From Elsinoe ampelina (lineage: Eukaryota), in contig ML992501.1 of the NCBI GenBank assembly GCA_010093995.1, positions 1,987,320 to 2,051,319 of the forward strand: DNA of 64,000 nt. The letters are read 5' to 3'. Made by a program: the position numbers and the translations under genes. The notes beneath the pieces were generated by a model. That model saw only the letters and a program-made list of their open reading frames with translations. It was not told the DNA's origin and did not search any database. Shown piece after piece: positions 36,399 through 47,456 of this stretch (within the stretch, counting starts at the first letter, position 1; the number at the start of each line of letters is the position of its first letter).

Positions 36399-37754
36399 TC
36401 AGTAGTACTTTTGATGCGCCGGCTCCAGCTCAGTCACCCTTTCGGTAAGCACTCTTGCTTTGACGATGCACAGCGGTTTGATCTGGGAAGAGGTAAGCGG
36501 GATTACTGAACGGTGAAGGACGAGACATCTCACAGGCTTCCCGTCCTCGGTCGATGTCTTGAATAATGCATGGAAGCACTTGCCGGTCAACTGATATTCC
36601 CCCTCTGCAGCGCCGACTGCTTTCCCCGACACGTCCGTGTGCGAAGCTTCCACAAACGTCGAGAACTTGAATCCCGAACTCATCACTGGCGAGAGATTCA
36701 GATTGTATGCAGCGGGATGTAGGTATACTAGTTGCATCAGAGCTCGGAGGTCAAAGAAGATGCCCTGCAACTCGTTCTGCAACTCCGCTGGCATTTTGAA
36801 ACCACGCCAGATTTTCAACTCCACATCCAAAGCTGATAGAAATCGAGCAAAGGACAACTCTTTCACATGATCCAGATCTCTTTTGGACATCATCCCCAGA
36901 GTCTCGGTGATCCAATGACGGCCCTTGTCGCCGTCTTGGTTGAGGAATCTACCAGCACGCCTGGAGAAGCCTGCCATCTCATTACTGCCATCTGTCGGTC
37001 CAAAGTACCAGGACTTGTCCAGCTGATGATGTGTCAAGCGAGCCACCATGTTGATAATGAGTGCTCGATGATACATCTTAGCAGACGGTGGCATGAAAGA
37101 GTCATGGAACGGCATGGTGGGGCGGAGTTTCTCGTTGGTCCTGGGAAGACTTGGATCTTGCACTGCTATCAGTTAGCAATCGTAGCTTATGCGAGCCACG
37201 ATTCTCGATCAGAGGTGCATACTATGGTGGAGGGAGGAGATCATTTCTCCTGCCCAGTTCCAGAGGTCTGCAAACACAGAGTCCATGCGTTCCCTGAGCT
37301 CGCCGTCTGTGGCATATTGCGGCTTTCTCGTGGCGTCCAGGAGTTGTCTTTGTATATCAACATTTTGTGTGCGCAATTCTTGGACTTGAGTGTTCAGCTG
37401 ATCCAGTGCGGTACGAGACTGCTTCTCCGCGGTCTGACTGATTTGAAGTTGGCTGCGCAGTCTCTTGTTCTCTCGCTGCAGGACATCATAGTCCTCGTCA
37501 ACGCCCTGGAGCTCGTCGAACAAGCGCTTGATCCTATGGGTGACGGGATTGGACATTGTCGGAATTGTGGTGAAGTGACTGTCTGTCTTGAGTGACCGTG
37601 ATGATATCGCTCCTCCCATTACGATCTGAGTCTGATCTGTACCCTCGCTCGTGAAATGTTTAGTTGGGGGGACTGCTTTCTCATGGAGTGTAATTTCTCT
37701 GACAGGTGACTTAAGCCCGAAGCGATCGTCGTTCAGGTAGCCAAGGTCCGACAT
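36399..37754 (-). CDS. Coiled-coil protein with GrpE/MIEAP-like C-terminal motif (hypothetical)
   Basis: Heptad-rich segment (LFDELQGVDEDYDVLQRENKRLRSQLQ...LNTQVQELRTQN). Introns at about 37166-37222 and about 36484-36534. Spliced C-terminus GFKFSTFVEA...CFHALFKTSTEDGKPIKPLCIVKARV. Confidence 0.7.
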
Positions 37755-38355
37755 CTCGTAGAATGAAGCGATACTCAGGTGGGCCTCGAGCTGCTTGTTG
37801 AGCGGGGACAGATGTGAAGGAAGAGGGAAGTTTGTGTGATTGTGTGACTGAGGAGAGAAGGTCGTAATCAAACAGCTGAAGCCGATCGACTGCACAGCTC
37901 AAACTATGTGAAAAGCTTATGAGCGGTGAGAGCAGGTTGCCGTGCTCAAAGATAAATCACTCCAAGCATGTGAATGCAGCTGAACAGCCTCTTCGACCTA
38001 TGGAAAAAGTCTTCATCTCCTCAAGAACGTCCCATGATCTGAGAAACAATCACCTGATTCACAAACAATCTTAGCTCAATCATCCTTCCACTTCACACAC
38101 AACCACTTTTCTCTTTCACACGCCTCGCCTACTTCACCCCATCTCGTCGTCTGCCCTTCCTGTACCAATCACAATCACAGGAATTGAGCTGGCTGTTCGG
38201 AACTCCGTCGACAGTCTTGAGCATCAGCAGAGCCTGGACTCACCAACAAGGCGCAAAGTTGTCATTTATTGCCGGAGTCAACGACGTGCCTCTCTGCCTC
38301 ACATCACTTCCGCCACCAACCACACAGCACTTCATTGGTCACGTCGCATGGTACC

Positions 38356-40234
38356 ATGCCGGGTACTGGTGGATTTCTCGTAGTGGCGTTCGACTACGGG
38401 ACAACGTATTCGGGGTAAGCAAGGGCCTCTCTCGCCGTGTGTCCAGCTGCTAACATCGACAGAATCGCCATTGCGCACGGCAGCGACGTCCGAGCGCCAC
38501 AGAGCATCGAAGTTGTTAAGGAGTCCGTCGATCGAGTCAGGGTATTGAAGCGTCGCTAACATGAGCAACAGATGGCCAGGCAGTGATGGTTTCACATCCG
38601 ACAAAGCGCCCACAGTTATCGAGTACGTCCCTAGAGCGGATCCGCTGGTTGGCTATGAAGTCTCAGCCAATCCAAATGCCATTGTGTGCGCCAAATTGGC
38701 GTTGGATACAAGGCAAGACTTCCCAGAATGGGTCAGCCGAGCAGACCTGATGGCGAGGCTCGATGCGGTCGGAAAGTCGGCAGAAGACGCAGTGCGAGAC
38801 TATTTTATAAGACTCCGCAAGACTGCGATCGAGGAGCTCACCAAGCGAGGATTCTACAAGCAAGATGCGCCTACGGAAATTCGCTGGGTAATGACCATAC
38901 CTGCGGTGTGGTCCGACGCTGCCAGACAAAAGACATTGGATGCGGCCAAAGCGGCGGGGATCGGACCCAAAATTCAAACCATCAGCGAGCCAGAAGCCGC
39001 GGCAGTCCACGCTTTCGCCACGCTACAGAATAAGGACTTGAAGATCGGCGACGTCTACATCATCTGCGACGCAGGCGGAGGCACCGTTGACCTGATCACC
39101 CTGGAAGTCACCAGTCTCGACCCCATGCAGTTCCGCGAAGTTGTCCCTGGCGAAGGTGGACTCTGTGGCTCAGCCTTCATTAACTTCGGTTTCGAAAATT
39201 TGATGAAGACAAAGTTCGGACCGAACGAATTCCACAAGTTCTACAAGAGAAGTCCAAAGCAATGGAAAGTCGTAATGGATAATTTCGACCAGTCTGTCAA
39301 GCGATCTTTCGACATGAGCAAAGCCAGAAATCGTAAAAGAAAGTTTGAGCTACCGTTCCCTGGTATGCCCGACAATTCGACGATCGGGATCGAAGGAGGG
39401 ATGTTGAGCTTGACCAGTGAAGAGATCGAGAACATGTTCGAGCCGGTTTGTCGCGATATTCTGCTCCTGATCCAGAGGCAAGTGGATGCAGCGACCACGG
39501 CTGGACATTCTCCATCTGGCATTCTTGTTGTCGGCGGTCTCGGTCGTTCCCCATATCTCCTGGACCGAATCAACGAGCGCTTCATCGGGACACCTTCGAC
39601 GGCAGGGGTCAAGCGGGACTATGACGAGATGACTGGAGATCGATCTTCACGGCCAAAAAGTCCCGCTATGACTCTTTTGAAGCCAGCAGATGCTTGGACG
39701 GCGGTCGTGCGTGGTGCTGCACTTGGAGGCATGTCGAATGTCGAAGTCGTCACAAGCCGTAAGGCGAGACGGCACTACGGCGTGAGATATCGACCAGAGT
39801 TCGATCCGACAAAGCATTCACCGTCGGCGAAGTACTGGGACGAGATCAAGGAGAAATGGAAGGCGCGGGGCCAGATGAAGTGGTACATCAGAAAGGGCGA
39901 CACTGTCCCGGCAAATGTACCCATTCTTAACAACTTTCACCGCATCAATGCAGAAGAGCATTCTTCTGTTGGGTCAGATCTTTACTGCTGTGACGATGAC
40001 CAAGCACCACAGGAGCGCAGGGGCAACGAAAGCAAGATATACAAGCTTTGTTCGGTCGACATTCCCCGTAGGGATATCCCCGGAGGAGCCTTTCGAAAGA
40101 TGGAGAATTCAAGTGGGGCAAAGTACACAAACCTCGATTACGCTCTGGGCATGCATGTCGGATCTGGTGAGTTGCGATTCGATTTCCGCCTTGACGGAAG
40201 AGTCCTCGGCCATATCGACGCCAGATTTGATTGA
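38356..40234 (+). CDS. Atypical Hsp70 (HSPA12-like, actin-like ATPase)
   Basis: First exon MPGTGGFLVVAFDYGTTYSG, then TIPAVWSD.A, ISEPEAAA, ICDAGGGTVDL, VVGGLGRSPYL, AVVRGA and RRHYG. No canonical EEVD end. Confidence 0.92.
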
Positions 40235-40688
40235 CCACATCTGACGAGGTCTATTTCGTCGAAAAGAAGGTCCGGCTAGGCGTAAGGCAGATGGTATGAT
40301 GAGTCAAGGTGGGCAGGCATCTCTTGCCTGGTGGTCGAAATGGTGGATACGGTCCTCTGGAGTAGGACAATACCTCGAGATGTGATAGGCACAAGATCGT
40401 GTGGTATCTTGAGATCTGGAAGTGAGGCGTGAAGAGCAACCAATTAGGCCATAATTATACATTGAATGCATCGATCCAGGTTTCTGAACATGACGGGGCG
40501 CATGAGGAGAAGTTTTTCTGGGAGGTCTAGATCCGCGTTGCGCCACATGGTTCGCGCCACGGTGGCTAGTGCGCAGCCCCACCAGTCCACCAAAGCGTCG
40601 TCACTTTTCTGGTGCTTGAGTCCTGCGATGTTAGAGCCACATCTTTGACACTGTACGAAGTGTCATCTCTGAGACTACCGGAGTGATC

Positions 40689-41975
40689 ATGTCGAATTTT
40701 GATCCGAATGCTATTGTGCGGGGTGCTCAGCTGACTGTGGTTGGAGGCGAGGTCTCCTCCCTAGCATACGTGGGCATAACTGACGCGGTCTAGCATATCG
40801 AGCTCTTCAGAATCCACGCCTGTTCACAACGGATCACTACCGACAAGCTGCGTTGGCTGTTGCTGCAGGCATTGCGATTAGACTCATCGTCAGCATACCA
40901 GTACGCCTGGCAGCTCGAATGTGAGGGGCAATACACTGACAGACCCTTCAGACAGTTGGTGTCCGGATTCTACTATGGTTTCTATCACTTTTCATGGACT
41001 TGAAGTCCGCAGCTTGGGACGATGAGGTCCTTCGCAGCTTGGATTTCATTGAGAACTCGGTGCTGCAGGTACCTTTCTTCCTGATGACGTTCATGAGACA
41101 TATCAGCCCGTCTCTCGACAACATGTGAGCTCTATGGGCACATAACGTGACAGACAGCTGATTTGATCAGGTTCATGGAGTCTCTGCAGTGGGTCGACCA
41201 GACATATATCCAGAAGCACAAGTCGGAGGATCCAACACACCTTCGAGCGATGTACTACCCGAACTTGGTCATGTATGGAAATCAACCTTCCACAGGAACC
41301 AAGAAGTCACCTATGGACGCAATGAAGGCAACCTTGCTCCGCTATGGCCGCAAAGCTGCCATCTCCTTGCTGGTTTTAGTACTGTCATACATACCATATG
41401 TCGGTCGCTTCGTCCTTCCTGCCGCTAGTTTCTACACCTTCAAGAAAGCCGTCGGACTTGAGCCTGCCATCGCTATCTTCGGGGGTGGCGTGTTTCTTCC
41501 TCGACGCTACCTTGTCACATTCCTGCAAAGCTATTTTGCCTCAAGAAGCTTGATGAGGGACTTGGTAAGGCCCACCATTCTGTCAAGCTGACCACTTTGC
41601 TGACAATGATAGCTTGATCCATACTTTAAACGGATCCGATACACTCCAGAGCAGAAGAAGGTGTGGTTCCGTGATCGCGAAGGAGTCTTGTTCGGCTTCG
41701 GCGTGGGATTCTTCATCTTCCTCAAGATCCCTCTCCTGGGCGTTCTCATCTACGGCATCGCCGAAGCGTCTACAGCATTTTTGATCACCAAGATTACAGA
41801 GCCGCCTCCACCACCATCGGACTGGGCTCAGGTAGCCGACAGTCAAGTGCATTGGAAGAACAAGCATGAATTTATGAGATTGCCGCTAGACAAGCTTGAT
41901 GCGTACAACGCTAGCTTGCAGGAAGGTTCCGACAAGCAGAAATCGACAGAACCGAAAGGGAAACAGTATACATAG
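40689..41975 (+). CDS. usgS: Conserved transmembrane protein UsgS
   Basis: MSNFDPNAIVRGAQLTVVG-AYRALQNP.LF, FMESLQWVDQTY, SRSLMRDL-LDPYF, WFRDREGVLFGF and AEASTAFLITKITEPPPP. It lies upstream of formamidase, as usgS does in Aspergillus nidulans. Confidence 0.85.
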
Positions 41976-42303
41976 ACACCATCATAGGAAGACATCGAGA
42001 AGCCTCCCACGCAGTCCATGCGGCTCTGCTCAGGGCAGGGCTGCCACGCTCGGTCCAAATTAAGCGGTACACAGTAAAACCAGAATTTGGCGGGTGAAAG
42101 AACACTGCCAAAAACTACTTTGCCGCACGGTAGGATTTATGACTAAATTCTAGTATCATTCGATAGCTTATAAACGCCATAAGCTACTTTCGTTTTATTA
42201 GAATCATAACTTACGTAGCAATGCTAGAAAGTGTAGTATAAGAAATTTAGCTTTTGGTAAGGATTTAGAGTTTTAGCAGGGATTTACAACTATATACTAC
42301 TTA

Positions 42304-42343
42304 ACGTCCGTCCCCTAGATCTAAACACCACCTAGAACTAAAC
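42304..42343 (+). repeat. Left terminal inverted repeat
   Basis: acgtccgtcccctagatctAaacaccacctagaactAaac. Differs from the reverse complement of the right TIR at only two TG->TA positions and contains an internal direct repeat cctaga.ct.aac. Confidence 0.95.
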
Positions 42344-42549
42344 AGTTAGGGTTAACCCTTATTATAGCTAATCGAAGAGTCTAAATATGCCTCGATGCTA
42401 AGCCTAATTAGTGCTATTAGATTTCTATCTTCTTCTAAGCTATATACTACCTTTATATTACTTCTCTTATAGTTCTACTACTCTTAATTAAACATAAAAA
42501 GCAGTTATAAGCTACTCTACTTAAATACTAACATTAAAAAGGTAAGATA

Positions 42550-44250
42550 TTAAAGACTAAGCTCTCTTAGTAGTTCTCTCTTATTAATAAAGCTACTCTT
42601 AGTTAACGGATTAGAAGGACATATAAGTTATAGGTAATATTATATTCTTATTAACAACGACTTACTTAAGCTTAAGAAAGTGCTCTAGTTAAGTTTATTT
42701 ACTTTCTATCCTTTAATAGCTTTAATTTAAATAACTAGTAGCTTAGCTAATATACTAGATATTTACTTAAGTTAACCCCTAGCTAATCTATATATATATA
42801 GCCTACTTCTATTAGCTGTAACTAGTACTCTCGATTTAAAGAATACTATCTAGAGATTAATCTTAAATGTTATATAGCTATAGATAGTAATAGATTAGAA
42901 GAGCTTAGTAATACTAGAAAGGTAGAGGCATAGTTTAAGCTAGTAGTATACGCTATTAAAGTCTTTAATATTAAGCCTTATAACCTCTATAATATAGACA
43001 AAATTAGCTATATACTTAGTTAGTTACTTTATAAGTAAATCTAAATTATAAGTAAAGATAAGTATATATCTTATTTATGTTAATCTAGTAATTATAAGTA
43101 GGCTATAGCTATTAAGACTCTTAGTACTATTAGCCGAAGTATACTACCTTTGTTTATCCTAAAGGAATAAACTATTTAAGATAGCTAGTTTAAAGATTTA
43201 ATTAATCTTCTAGAGAATTTAATATACGCTAATACTATAATTAAGACCTTACTAACTAGATAGACAAATAACAAGGTCGCTCTTAAGTAGTTAAAGAATT
43301 ACTTTATCCCCTTTATATAGCCTCTAGATAAGTAAGAGAGAAAGGTAAAAGACCTTAATAATTACTAGTAATTACTTCTTTTCGATAGTTACTACTTATA
43401 CCTTATACTAGAGTTTATCTAACTAGCTTAGAAGTACTAGATTACTCTATTAAAGCTACTAGTATACACCTTATACTTTCTCTAGCCTCTTAACGTTACT
43501 ATATTTACTAAGCTAAAGTATAAATATTAAAGTAAGGTTTAGTAAATTATATATAAGAGTATTATATAAATTAGTAAGTACTACTTTATCGAAGCTTATA
43601 TTAATAGTTACAATGTATATTTTAGTAGTAATAGCTAGATAAGAGCCTTTAAAGTTACTAGTATCTAGCTAGTTAATCTAGTACTAGTTCTTAGTTAAAT
43701 CTAGCGCTATTTACTCTCTTAATTAACCTCTTAATTAACCTCTTAATTAACCTCTTAATTAACCTCTTAATTAATCTCTTAATTAACCTCTTAATTAACC
43801 TCTTAATTAACCTCTTAATTAACCTCTTAATTAACCTCTTAACTCTTAGATTTAGAGGCTAATTTAGCCTCTTAATTAAGTACTTAATTAAGTGCTTAAT
43901 TCTCTTTAAATTTAGAGTTAAATTTGTACTTTAATTTTGTAAAGATTTTAACCTTCTTCTTTATAGCCTCTATACCTCTTCTAGCTACTCCTTTATAGCG
44001 CTCTAACTCCTTATTAAGTAATAGTACACTAATTAAATTAGCTAAGTACTTTAACTAAAGGCTTAAGGGCCTTCTTAATAATTAGTAGCATACTAAGTAT
44101 AGTTTAGCTAGTTATTAAAGAGCTTCTTAATTCTTATTTAAGGCTATAAAAGTAATAGAGGAGAAGGTTAGTATTACTAAGAAAGAGGTAAAGTTACTAA
44201 AAAGAAAGTTATAAAGGATTAATAAGCGTGCTAAGAAGAAGTATAAGTGT
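42550..44250 (+). pseudogene. RIP-mutated pogo/Fot1 transposase (ends approximate)
   Basis: One frame contains tat aat ata gac aaa att agc (YNMDExG, 42988), aga tag aca aat (GWTN), ttc gat agt tac (FDGH, D at 43384) and tag cct ctt aac gtt (QPLDV, D at 43492), giving D35D spacing. Stops are CAA/CAG/TGG->TAA/TAG type. Confidence 0.9.
43716..43843. repeat. 12-bp minisatellite (CTCTTAATTAAC) x10 plus a partial copy, inside the transposon
   Basis: Directly visible. One unit carries a single variant base. Confidence 0.95.
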
Positions 44251-45087
44251 TAATATAATAGTAGTAGCTACCTCTCTAAAGAAGTACTTATTAGTATAAA
44301 GAAGATAGTAGAGTAGAGAAATACTAATAAGAAGGTAAAAGAGACTAATAGCTTTAAGATAGCTACTTATAAGCGTAGAGTTAACCTTAGTAAGCAAGTT
44401 TAAGCCCTTAAGAAGTCTTTAAAGCGCCTATTAAACTAGTATCTAGAGCGCCTTTACCTCTTATAACTTAAAGAGAAATATAAGTAATCTAAGCTAAATT
44501 ATAACGCTACTAAGAAGAGGCACTTAGAGTTATAGTAGCGCTATAAAACTATTAAGAGTAGTAAGAGCAAGAGACTTCTTATACTTAAGCGTAATAGCTT
44601 AGAGATTAATAAGGCTAATACTATAGTACTACTACGTAGCTTAATAAGCTACTACTAGAGTTACTACTAGAACTACTACTAGAGGTAAAGGAGAAGGTAG
44701 TAGAGAAGGTAATAGAGGAGTAGTAGTGCTAAGCCGAGAGTAATACGTTTTATAATACTTAATTTTAGTAGATTGTAATAAATCTAGTACCTTAAGAGAT
44801 TAGAGATAGCTAAAGTACTTAGTATATAGTCCTATATAACTAAAGGATATAAGGAAGCAATTCTGCACTGTATAATAGGTTATTTAGCGCTTTCTAAGGT
44901 CTTAATTATAAGCTTAAAACACTAACTCTAAGCCTTAGCCTTAAAAGCCTCTATACTATTAATATAAAGTTGTATTAGTTAAAGAAGTATAAAAAACTCG
45001 AAGGTACGCCAAGATGTATAATCATTACTAGAATTGGCAGGTCGGCGTATCTCCGGCGCTATCTCACCGCTTTCCAGAAACTGGAGC

Positions 45088-45127
45088 GTTCAGTTCTAGG
45101 TGGTGTTCAGATCTAGGGGACGGACGT
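45088..45127 (-). repeat. Right terminal inverted repeat
   Basis: gttcagttctaggtggtgttcagatctaggggacggacgt, which retains the CpA sites that are mutated in the left TIR. Confidence 0.95.
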
Positions 45128-45204
45128 TAATTTGGCCGGCGCGTGCTGCGTCAAATGCCCCGCAAATCGACGTTCGTGACGTAGTGCCGAATTCGGAAGT
45201 GTGA

Positions 45205-45369
45205 TTATCAGCGCCCCTCCAGCTCCCGTCGACGGCGCGATCCACCGCGTCTTCGATGCGCGATCGAAGCCACAGCTTATCTGAATTATTAGTCAATCTC
45301 GCACACATACTCATAGGCGGCGGGTGAACGGCATGCACAAACCCTCACAGCTCCGAGCTCTCCTTATCT
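45205..45369 (-). promoter_or_regulatory. Cluster of three HGATAA (AreA/NIT2-type GATA) sites upstream of formamidase
   Basis: TTATCA 45205-45210, TTATCT 45277-45282 and TTATCT 45364-45369. AreA-dependent nitrogen regulation of fmdS is established in A. nidulans; function here is inferred. Confidence 0.55.
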
Positions 45370-45520
45370 TTAGCTCCAAACATGGATCGGATACCCCGCT
45401 TCCACGACGGAGCCAGGCAGGTCAACCTGAGAAGTCAATTGCAAGTTCGGAGAGGTCTTCTTCCATTTCGTTCACGTCTCTTCTCTACCGACTCAACAAC
45501 AGCTGCTACAGAATTCCACC

Positions 45521-46860
45521 ATGGGCAAATCAGAGATCCGTTACGCGGCAAAGGTCGATTTGACCAAGGAGGCCGGCAAGGAGCCATACCTGCACGTGAG
45601 TGGAAGAGGTTCGCGGCGAGCGAGAACGCAGCTGACATGAAACAGAACAGATGGCACCCGGATATCCCGTCAATTGACACGATCAAGAACGGAGAGGTGG
45701 TCAAGATCGAGTGCGTTGATTGGACTGGTGGACAAATTGGCAACAACGACAGCGCAGACGACATGCTCAACGTCGACCTCACCAAGATCCATTACCTGAC
45801 CGGCCCCTTTGACGTCGAGACCGCCGAGCCAGGAGATGTCCTTCTCGTCGAGATCCAAGATGTTCAGCCACTGCAAGACCAGCCATGGGGCTTCACCGGC
45901 ATCTTCGACCGCAAGAATGGCGGCGGCTTCCTCGACGAGATCTACCCCAAGCCTGCCAAAGCCATCTGGGACTTTGAGGGCATCTTCTGCTCGTCGCGAC
46001 ACATCCCGCACGTTCGCTTTGCCGGCCTCATCCACCCTGGTATCCTTGGTTGCGCGCCGTCTCCTGAGGTCCTCGCCGAGTGGAACAGACGTGAGGGCGA
46101 GCTCATCTCCGCCTGCTCCCATATGGACAGGGATGTGGCCAAGCCACCCGAGCCCAAGAACGTCCACGCAGGTGTCGCGTCCGCAGAGATCAAGGAGAAG
46201 GTGGGAGCAGAAGGTGCGCGTACCATTCCAGGTCGCCCTGAGCATGGTGGAAACTGCGACATCAAGAACCTTTCTCGTGGTAGCAAGGTATACCTGCCTG
46301 TCCATGTCAAGGGCGCCAAGTTCAGCGTCGGAGATCTGCACTTCTCTCAGGGAGACGGTGAGATCAGCTTCTGCGGTGCCATCGAAATGGCAGGCTGCAT
46401 CACCATCAAGTTCCATGTCATCAAGAATGGGGTGGCAGATCTCGGACTGAAGAGTCCGATCTACATCCCAGGTCCTGTCGAGCCGCAATTCGGACCAGGG
46501 CGCTACATCTACTTCGAGGGCTTCTCCGTCGACGAGAATGGCAAGCAGCACTACCTTGATACCACGGTTGCTTACAGGCAGACCAGCTTGAGGTGCATTG
46601 AGTATCTCCGGAGATTCGGCTACGACGATTATCAGATCTACTTACTGCTGAGCTGTGCGCCAGTCCAGGGTCACATAGCTGGCATTGTCGATGTAAGACC
46701 TCTCATGCTCTAGTGGAGATGGTGCAGCTAACTGTCTCAGATCCCGAATGCTTGCACGACTATGGGTCTGCCCATGGACATTTTCGACTTTGACATATCG
46801 CCCTCAGCGCCGGTCAAGAAGCTTGACATGGGCTCGTGCGCCTTTGCCAGCTCCAAGTGA
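45521..46860 (+). CDS. fmdS: Formamidase (FmdA/AmdA family)
   Basis: MGKSEIRYAAKVD...LH, intron, NRWHPDIP, then ECVDWTGGQI, HPGILGCAPS, GGNCDIKNLSRG and GDLHFSQGDGEISFCGAIEM. Last exon IPNACTTMGLPMDIFDFDI. Confidence 0.96.
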
Positions 46861-47456
46861 AGACGTAGCGAGACGACGACAGAGATTGAAGAGAGAGTGC
46901 AGTAGTTAGGTTAGCGAAGAGAGTTTGGCGTTGTGGAGATACCTCCTGAAAGGAATACGTTGAAGTCGCCTTCGAGGGGCCGATAAGGTATCAGACGTGG
47001 ATGTACAATTTGTAAATAGCTAATGTGGATATTGATGATCCCTGATGATGCATGAAGGAGAATCTGCATGAAAGAAATGAAGGTGACCCTCAAGGATGAC
47101 GCGCCAAACGTTCCTGATGCGTTCGGAGGATCGACCGTTGAAAGCCGTTCCCTCGCCCTGCGCCATCTTTCTTCGACACATGATCGCCCACATGGTCGAC
47201 ACGGTTGGATCTTCGACTTCGCCTGTTCTTCTCCTACTTTGCGGCCGACGTTAGGAGTGGTGGAATATAGCAGTGACTTGCTCGTCATGTATCAGTCTTG
47301 AGATTTGAGTCTCACCAACTTTCGCGACCTGTCACGGAGGCTGGGGGCCAGGCCCCTCCCATTGCTATCGCACGACATTCCACAATCCCGGTTAGGTGGC
47401 ACGAGACTCGCAGCAATCCCATAGCGGCAATCGAAGCCATGCAGTCGACATCTACC

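Larger units (their letters stand above)
42304..45127 (+). mobile_element. pogo/Fot1-type Tc1-mariner DNA transposon, full length (2824 bp), inactivated by RIP
   Basis: 40-bp TIRs starting ACGT, flanked by TA at 42302-42303 and 45128-45129. Interior is very AT- and TpA-rich and CpA/TpG-depleted, with recognisable de-RIPped DDD transposase motifs. Confidence 0.95.

Noticed and set aside
43716..43843. Regular short repeats as a CRISPR-like array or telomere seed
   Set aside because: Units are contiguous with no spacers, the DNA is eukaryotic, and the unit is not TTAGGG. It is a minisatellite within a transposon.
44209..44397. 62-aa hydrophobic minus-strand ORF
   Set aside because: Chance ORF in RIP-mutated AT-rich transposon DNA.
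31851..45127. DNA methyltransferase close to a RIPped transposon as a functional unit
   Set aside because: They are about 6.5 kb apart with three unrelated genes between them. DIM-2 acts in trans, so proximity is probably coincidental.
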